A DNA stretch of 13,709 nt from Amoeboradix gromovi X-113 (Eukaryota; Fungi; Sanchytriomycota): contig JADGIF010000229.1 in the NCBI GenBank assembly GCA_018985225.1, positions 1-13,709 of the forward strand. The letters run 5' to 3'. The notes beneath the pieces were generated by a model. It was not told the origin of the DNA. It did not search any database and saw nothing but the letters and a program-made list of their open reading frames with translations. A program made the position numbers and the translations under genes. Shown one piece after another: positions 8,117 to 13,709 of the stretch (positions are counted from its first letter, which is position 1; the number at the start of each line of letters is the position of its first letter).

Positions 8117-9427
8117 TTATTGCAAGAATATAAATAAAATCATTGCAAATACAGTTGGTCTAGACCCATCACTCGCAAATTGGTCTTTGACCACGCCGAG
8201 CACTTGATCTACAGTCATTCGAGTAAAATTTCCATATTTAGAGAGTTCATCTCTTTGTAAATTGATGCGTGACATGACATCTGCATAAGTATCTGGATCC
8301 AGTCCCATTGCTCTCAGCTTATCATCTGGAATCTTACTGTCAATTGGAATAAAACTACCAGGATAGAAATCCGCAATCTTCTGGTTGCACGAATCTGTAG
8401 AGTTTACAGAGGAACGTAAGGCATCATAATGTGACTGCAAATCAATATTGTATTGGTCTACGGTATCTAGATCATCTATTGGGTATTCTGCGGTAGATAT
8501 CATCTCAGTTTCTGTAACTACCGATATTTCAGGGTAAGTAGCAGTTTGAGTTGGCAAACTACTAATTAAATCCCTCTTCTGTAAATTTGCTGCAGTTCTG
8601 TTACTGGTTTTTGTCTCTGTATACCTTTTATATGTTGCACAGACTCCTTTGAACTGAAATAAATCGGAATGCAAGTAAGTTGTGTTATTGATTTTAAATT
8701 TCTCTTTGCTTATACTTGTTTTCATGTCTGTATAGCTGTTTTGAACGTATTGCCAAATGTTTAAAGTTGAGTCAATAAAAGCATGGTGAGCAGTGAAATA
8801 TGGATCCATAGGGCTATAGGCTTGCGCCATATCTCCACCAATATGAACATGAACTGCACCGTGGATACTGAACTCTATATTGGTGGCGAAATTTGTATAA
8901 TCCTTGCCGCTGCCAATAATCGTGCTATCCAAATCAGCCCATCCAGATATCAGTACACTTTCAACTGTCTCTCTGAAAATACATGTGCCAGCATCAAACA
9001 CTGGTGGCATTTTAAAACTTTCATAAATTTGCCCTCTTACACATTGGCCATTTTGTTTACCATAATAGTACGGATCATTGCTAATACTTTTGGTAATCAT
9101 TCCGTTGTACGTTGTAGCTTCTGCTGCCCAATCAATGTAAGGCAGGGTCAAGTCGTCTCCACCAATTGCTCGTATTTCATTCTCGAATTCCCACAGCATT
9201 GCCCGATGCCATGTAAAAAACCTCATTGTGCCATGTATTCTGGAGAAAATGTCTTGGTGTAATTTAGCATAGTATCTTATTCTCCCAGTATTTTTCATCT
9301 GGCGGTATGCCTTAACAATTCGCTGCCATTTCCCTTCTTTTTCAACTGTTCTGAAGTCTTTTCTGATTCTTGGATTCGCGCAAGGAACAGTTACTTGCGC
9401 ATATAATATAGCAGCGATGAGAAGCAT
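8117..9427 (-). CDS. Secreted tyrosinase / type-3 di-copper oxidase family protein with a hydrophobic GPI-signal-like C-terminus
   Basis: Signal peptide MLLIAAILYA; N-terminal C-x(3)-RIRKDFR. CuA His57/His65/His74 (LHQDIFSRIHGTMRFFTWHR), LPYIDW, CuB His189/His193/His215 (EFSIHGAVH...SPMDPYFTAHH). Followed by LQKR, a Thr/Ser/Glu-rich linker and C-terminal ASDGSRPTVFAMILFIFLQ. Confidence 0.92.
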   Translation of the reverse strand: MLLIAAILYAQVTVPCANPRIRKDFRTVEKEGKWQRIVKAYRQMKNTGRIRYYAKLHQDIFSRIHGTMRFFTWHRAMLWEFENEIRAIGGDDLTLPYIDWAAEATTYNGMITKSISNDPYYYGKQNGQCVRGQIYESFKMPPVFDAGTCIFRETVESVLISGWADLDSTIIGSGKDYTNFATNIEFSIHGAVHVHIGGDMAQAYSPMDPYFTAHHAFIDSTLNIWQYVQNSYTDMKTSISKEKFKINNTTYLHSDLFQFKGVCATYKRYTETKTSNRTAANLQKRDLISSLPTQTATYPEISVVTETEMISTAEYPIDDLDTVDQYNIDLQSHYDALRSSVNSTDSCNQKIADFYPGSFIPIDSKIPDDKLRAMGLDPDTYADVMSRINLQRDELSKYGNFTRMTVDQVLGVVKDQFASDGSRPTVFAMILFIFLQ

Positions 9428-9659
9428 GAACCGCTAGTTCTAGAATCATTATTTATTCAGTTGGAAACGCTTGCATGGGTTTTTATTCGCTGTTTTAAAT
9501 TGAATTCTGACTTGCCTTTATTTAACTTGATGCAAGTAATTGTATTAATTTGTATCCATGATTGCTTGCCAGATTATACAGAGCCAAATAAAAACATAAG
9601 GGCTTGGAGTATACAGTTCGCTTTATAACTCAATAGAATACGCAAAAACATAAAGAAAC

Positions 9660-11084
9660 TTAGAATTTACTATTGTCATCGTCAAAAATCTCAAACTGGC
9701 CATCTTTGTTTTTCCAATTTTTAACAACTTGTTTGAATGGTCTTAGAATTAAAATACCGCTAATTGCTACAAGCATTAGGACCAGCTTTATTACAACTTT
9801 GATAACAGTATCGGCTTTCAACGAATTGTTGCTAAATGAAAGGGTAGGCATATTTTCGCTAGAAATGGTGGCAGAGTTGTAGCTGGAAATGGTGGCAGAA
9901 TCGTTGCTGTGTGAACCATACACCAAAGAAATTTGGTTTTGAAGTGATTTGCTAGCAGGTAAACTAAATTCAGTTGTATCTATTTCTTGGCTATAAATTT
10001 CACTTTCAAACTCATACGTTGTACCCAAATTGTGTTCGATCGTGTTTAATTCAGAGTTTGCTATTGTGAAAATTTGAGATGTGGAGGTTTTAGAATATGA
10101 CAAAGCTGATGATTTTAGAGAAACTGAGGGTGAGAGAGTTGATACTTTCCGAGTGTTTGGAAGGTTCAAGGGACTATATAATCCGCTTTTAGTGCATTTT
10201 AGGGTTTCAATGTTTGCACTATTGGAGAGGGGATTATTTGAGATATCACAAAAAGTTAGTTTATCCGCATTAAAAATTACCAGATCTGTAATCCAGTTAT
10301 CATTCAATCGAAGTTCACTTGGCACGTTAAGCACAACAGAACCAGTAAACCTGTTACCTGGCAAGTTAACATAGCCTAGCCAGAGCACTTCCAAAGTATC
10401 AGGTAGTTCAGGCACATCGCCGTAAAATGAATTAGCTTGAAGCTTGAGTTCTTCGATATTAGAGTTCGCAAGATTGTTGAGATTTCCAGTTAACTTGTTT
10501 CTTTGCAAATAAACAACTTTCAATTTAATTGGATAACTTTGGTAATTAAAATGACCAGTAAGCATATTTTGCGGCATTTCTAGGTTTTCTAGCGACACAG
10601 GTAAAGTTTTAGGTAGGCTACCGGATATTTGGTTTTGGGATAGTCTTAAAATTATCAATGAATCTGGTAACTGCGGCAATATTCCTGAAAATGAATTTAA
10701 TTGTGCAATTAGATTCTCCAACAGAGGAGGCAATGTTGGCAAACTGCCATTGAATAAATTACCATGTAAATCCAAGTTCAAAATACCAGCAGGTAAAGTG
10801 CCATCCCCTATTTTTCCAGTTATTTTATTCGTTGACAAGTCCAAGTCTGTTAACGATGATGGCAGCGCAGTCGTGTTTAAAACACCATTTAGAGACTTGG
10901 ATGACCAAGCTATTGAAGTAACGACAGAGCCAATGCATTCTACTCCTAAGGTTACATTACAGCAGTTAATTGTAAGTGATACCAAAGTGGATGAGCTTAT
11001 GTTTAATCCACGGGCAAGATTTACAACATTAGCACAGTCAGCAATATTCTCAGACTGTATTACGAACATAAATACGATCAGCAT
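9660..11084 (-). CDS. Leucine-rich-repeat receptor-like type I membrane protein (likely start ATG 11084; the open frame extends to 11150)
   Basis: Signal-like MLIVFMFVIQS, Cys cap (DC..NCC..GVEC..VTSIAW), about 9-10 LRRs of the LxxLxLxxNxf/lsGxlPxLP type, Ser/Thr-rich stalk, one TM helix (VVIKLVLMLVAISGILIL), short cytosolic tail and no kinase domain. Confidence 0.9.
   Translation of the reverse strand: MLIVFMFVIQSENIADCANVVNLARGLNISSSTLVSLTINCCNVTLGVECIGSVVTSIAWSSKSLNGVLNTTALPSSLTDLDLSTNKITGKIGDGTLPAGILNLDLHGNLFNGSLPTLPPLLENLIAQLNSFSGILPQLPDSLIILRLSQNQISGSLPKTLPVSLENLEMPQNMLTGHFNYQSYPIKLKVVYLQRNKLTGNLNNLANSNIEELKLQANSFYGDVPELPDTLEVLWLGYVNLPGNRFTGSVVLNVPSELRLNDNWITDLVIFNADKLTFCDISNNPLSNSANIETLKCTKSGLYSPLNLPNTRKVSTLSPSVSLKSSALSYSKTSTSQIFTIANSELNTIEHNLGTTYEFESEIYSQEIDTTEFSLPASKSLQNQISLVYGSHSNDSATISSYNSATISSENMPTLSFSNNSLKADTVIKVVIKLVLMLVAISGILILRPFKQVVKNWKNKDGQFEIFDDDNSKF
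9858..9905 (-). repeat. 24-bp in-frame tandem duplication in the LRR stalk
   Basis: gctagaaatggtggcagagttgta / gctggaaatggtggcagaatcgtt, encoding NDSATISS and YNSATISS. Confidence 0.85.
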
Positions 11085-11520
11085 TCGAATTTTTAGGACA
11101 TGACCTTCTTTATATTTAAAACAAAGTTTTTGATTGGCATATTTAGCCATTCATGAGAAACAGCAAATAGAAGACTAGCATACGTTAAACTTGAAAAAAT
11201 TTGAACAATACGAGATTTACCAACACATTAAGTTACAAAATGATCATGTTACCCTTTATCAAGAAACTAAGATCTTAACTTTATACTAACTCAAGTAATA
11301 GAGTATCATTGTAATAATATTATAGTAACAGCGCTCCTCATTGAAATTCTCTATTTTCCTGGAAATCAGGAATTGCCACAAAGTAACTAAGAATGTTTCT
11401 CCCTACGTTGCTGCGATAGCTACGCTTTCGATATCATGTGGTAGTACCACCTTAATTATTTCCTTAAATTTAGCATACTAGGGATTACAACACTTGATTC
11501 CATTTATCATTTGAGGAAAG

Positions 11521-11751
11521 GAAGAATATCCGGTGTTTAAAGAATTAAAAAAAATCTGGAAAATGTTATCTTTGTCAAGAAACTGTAACTTAGTCCCGAA
11601 AAATGGTTTATTTATTTGTAAAAAAGGCTTTCAAACTCTTCCAATCCACCAGTGCACTCATTGTGATGAAGTCTTAGATAGTGATATGAATGCGGGTTAC
11701 AATTATCTTGAAGTCTGTTAACAAATAGCAAAGGATAAATTCGGCATATAA
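11521..11751 (+). pseudogene. Degenerate C-terminal fragment of a TnpB/Fanzor-family RNA-guided nuclease (zinc ribbon plus RuvC-III)
   Basis: Frame 1 reads HQCTHCDEVLDSDMNAGYNYL, matching CxxC-x4-DRDxNAxxNI. The adjacent frame (11549-11590) reads KKSGKCYLCQE, matching the TSxxCxxC first zinc pair, and is joined through an A8 run at 11547-11554. Frameshifts and stops are present, and no N-terminal domains are recognisable. Confidence 0.7.
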
Positions 11752-11817
11752 AAATGATAGAAAACTACTTCGCCTTGTCTTAATGAAATGTGTACTTGTG
11801 CAAAATTATTTAATCTG

Positions 11818-11911
11818 GTTTTTCCAATTTTAATTAAATAAACCATTTATTGTGATTGAATATAGTTTTTCCAATTTTAATTAAATAAACCATTTATTAT
11901 GATTCAATCAG
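11818..11911. repeat. 47-bp direct tandem duplication (2 copies)
   Basis: 11818-11864 and 11865-11911 both begin with the identical 34 nt gtttttccaattttaattaaataaaccatttatt, then diverge slightly (gtgattgaatata vs atgattcaatcag). Confidence 0.95.
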
Positions 11912-12348
11912 CTATATTGATCCGACATACTCTGTTTCTGAGCTTTTCCAACGGCATAAAAACTTGATATTCATTCATTCCAAAATTTGCAGATGAGACC
12001 AGACGCCGGGATCCTTACTATGTCTAATCCAAAGAAATCGCTACTAGACAGAAAATACACGCTTTGGTTTCGAGGAGCTGGTCAAGGATGGAAAGATGCG
12101 GTGCACTTGATGTCTACTTTTACTTGCTTTGAGATGAAATCCACTAGGAGACATACACACAACCCGTCATTTGGGTATACGTAGCTATCATATATTTAAA
12201 ATACATGGTTCCCTATTCAATTCCACCTTAGGGTAGTGGAAGTGCGAGCAATCAGTTTAGCGGAACGATGCACTTTTTCAGTTTGTCTGTGGAATCTTTG
12301 ATTTCCTCTGAAATCGTTACTTTTAATAAGGAGTATGTTCCGAAGGAG

Positions 12349-12612
12349 ATGACAAACAAAAGAAGCCCATTTCTTACTTTACCAAAGAGAAAGAATGCTG
12401 TGCCACCTAGTTGTATACCTGAGCTTTCTGCAATGCTAACTTGCTGGTCATCCAGTGGACAGCAGTCATCAAATTGTATGAGCATTAGTGCACAGTTTAT
12501 AGCCTGCATGAAATCTGCAACATTAGCAAAGAAGGCAATACCAAAGGATCTGAATAGAGACTTGAAGAAGTATGGGATTCCTCAATTAAGGATTCCGAGG
12601 TATAACAAATAA
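12349..12612 (+). CDS. MRP10: Mitochondrial ribosomal small-subunit protein mS37 (Mrp10/CHCHD1 family, twin CX9C)
   Basis: Basic N-terminus MTNKRSPFLTLPKRK, then C-IPELSAMLT-C-WSSSG...C-MSISAQFIA-C (twin CX9C). CWSSxG resembles yeast Mrp10. The 87-aa size fits the family, so ATG 12349 is preferred over 12268. Confidence 0.82.
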   Translation: MTNKRSPFLTLPKRKNAVPPSCIPELSAMLTCWSSSGQQSSNCMSISAQFIACMKSATLAKKAIPKDLNRDLKKYGIPQLRIPRYNK

Positions 12613-12621
12613 AATTTTATT
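12608..12621. terminator. Palindromic bidirectional polyadenylation signal
   Basis: aataaaattttatt is a perfect palindrome giving AATAAA on both strands, between two convergent stops (12612 and 12641). Confidence 0.55.
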
Positions 12622-12640
12622 CACATCTGTAGACACCACA

Positions 12641-13287
12641 CTACTTGGCACTTAAAAAGTCATTCCTTAGCTGTATGAATCCTTTTTCGCTGAATACTTT
12701 CACAAGCAAATCTACTTTTTCTCCACTAAATGGCAACTTTTCTTTAAGATCATTCAAGTGCCATTTATCCTTTTGCAGCAATGTACTATGTAACAAAAAC
12801 ACCTGGTCTTTTGCTTCATCTTGCTAAATTAGAAAAACATTACTTGAAATACTTGTGGAAGCGCCTTGATATTAAAACTATGTTTTATTGGGGTTATTAT
12901 GCTGTTGGGCGAAGACATGGCAGAACTTGGTGTATGTTTGGCGGCAGGTGTCCTAAAAAGTGGAAGTCTCGGCATCGTATGGCTTGAGTTAGTCGCAAAA
13001 CTAAGCTCGTCATTCTTTGGCAACGGTGTCTTAAAGTGAGGCAAGCTTGGAATATCGCTAGTTTTCGAGTTAAAGCTAGTATCCTTTATGGGTGTACGAT
13101 AACCAGTATTGTAAGGCACCACCGAGGGAGTCTGATGTATACTCATTTCCTCGAGATCGTTTGTCATTTTCTCGTCAAAGTCTTGCTGTATTTTTAGAAG
13201 CCTTTTACAGATGGCATTCAGCTCATCCTGGTAGTCACTATAGTCTCCCACAATTAAACCTCGAATGACGTTAAGTGCTTGTTCCAT
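12641..13287 (-). CDS. Two-exon hypothetical protein (205-208 aa): N-terminal helix, S/T-P-rich linker, C-terminal winged-helix-like domain
   Basis: Exon 1 is 13287-12844 (or 12853) and exon 2 is 12823-12641. Splicing a phase-0 GT..AG micro-intron removes the stop at 12829-12831 and adds QDEAKDQVFLLHSTLLQKDKWHLNDLKEKLPFSGEKVDLLVKVFSEKGFIQLRNDFLSAK*, followed by AATAAA. Confidence 0.75.
12824..12843 (-). other. Putative 20-nt spliceosomal intron (an alternative donor at 12852 gives 29 nt)
   Basis: Minus strand GTAATGTTTTTCTAATTTAG: GTAAT donor, CTAAT branch-like motif, TAG acceptor. It contains the in-frame stop and its removal restores the frame. Confidence 0.7.
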
Positions 13288-13544
13288 GACTTGGGCCCCT
13301 TGTATTAAAAATTGATTTTTAATAGTGCCCGATCAGATGGTTAACGAAAAATGTGGGACCAATACTAAAAGCTGGTTTCAAGCCACTTCATACAGTTGTC
13401 ACACCAAGTCATTTAGCATAGTGATCTTATAGAAGCAAAATCAATGTGTCTATCCATAACTTGGATTATAACAATCATTTATAAAATACATACTATTTGA
13501 ATCCATACTAGGGAGCATTTTTATAATTCAAATAAACATATTGT

Positions 13545-13709
13545 TTAAAGCATGGAACCAAGTGCCTTGTCCTTTGTCCTCTTGCTGTTCTTATCCTTAT
13601 TCTGTGTCCAACCTCTTACTACTCGTGTGAGTGGTGTGTAGTAGAGCACTGCTATGGCAACCATTATGCTTAGCACACACTTTCCAATGACGAACAGGGT
13701 CCAATGGAT
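13545..13709 (-). CDS. 3' end (TM helix plus basic tail) of a membrane protein, probable paralogue of the LRR receptor-like gene; starts beyond the window
   Basis: Open from the window edge: IHWTLFVIGKCVLSIMVAIAVLYYTPLTRVVRGWTQNKDKNSKRTKDKALGSML*. It aligns with VIKLVLMLVAISGILILRPFKQVVKNWKNKD of the 9660-11084 protein (KxVL...P..xVV.xW..NKD). Confidence 0.78.
   Translation of the reverse strand: MHWTLFVIGKCVLSIMVAIAVLYYTPLTRVVRGWTQNKDKNSKRTKDKALGSML

Noticed and set aside
8783-11103. Plus-strand ORFs 8783-9262, 9673-9882, 10081-10374 and 10750-11103
   Set aside because: Antisense to the tyrosinase and LRR genes, with no motifs.
11085-11150. 22-aa N-terminal extension of the LRR ORF
   Set aside because: It would bury the signal peptide, and the ATG at 11084 gives a normal secretory N-terminus.
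11818-11911. CRISPR array
   Set aside because: Only two abutting copies, no unique spacers, no cas genes and a eukaryotic context.
11987-12184. 65-aa ORF with a TTG start
   Set aside because: No recognisable motif in any frame. It may be decayed coding sequence but this cannot be supported.
12252-12987. ORFs 12252-12509 (-), 12645-12827 (+) and 12781-12987 (+)
   Set aside because: Antisense to mS37 or to the spliced minus-strand gene. 12645-12827 simply mirrors the true exon 2.
13552-13709. Plus-strand signal-peptide-like ORF MEPSALSFVLLLFLSLF with a possible 18-nt intron
   Set aside because: Better explained as the antisense of the Lys-rich tail of the minus-strand membrane protein.
1-13709. 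Reassigned genetic code (TAA/TAG read as Gln) or prokaryotic origin
   Set aside because: Conserved genes have no internal TAA/TAG and end with TAA, TAG or TGA. Targeting peptides, the intron, mS37 and poly(A) signals indicate a eukaryotic nucleus.

Overview
AT-rich, gene-dense, intron-poor eukaryotic nuclear DNA in the standard genetic code. It is most consistent with an early-diverging fungus or close relative (inference from a PTS1-bearing malate synthase, a yeast Mrp10-like mS37, a B12-dependent mutase, short intergenics and a micro-intron). Left to right: malate synthase (+), a 511-aa disordered hydrophilic protein (-), a mitochondrion-targeted LEA-like protein (-), methylmalonyl-CoA mutase (+), a secreted and probably GPI-anchored tyrosinase-family protein (-), an LRR single-pass receptor-like protein (-), a frameshifted relic of a TnpB/Fanzor nuclease C-terminus followed by a 47-bp tandem duplication, mitoribosomal mS37/MRP10 (+), a two-exon gene split by a 20- or 29-nt intron (-), and the 3' end of a probable second LRR-receptor paralogue (-). 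The most notable signals are the Fanzor/TnpB relic, the micro-intron, the B12 mutase in a fungus-like genome, the mitochondrial LEA and the LRR receptor family. All calls come from reading motifs by eye; no searches were run.
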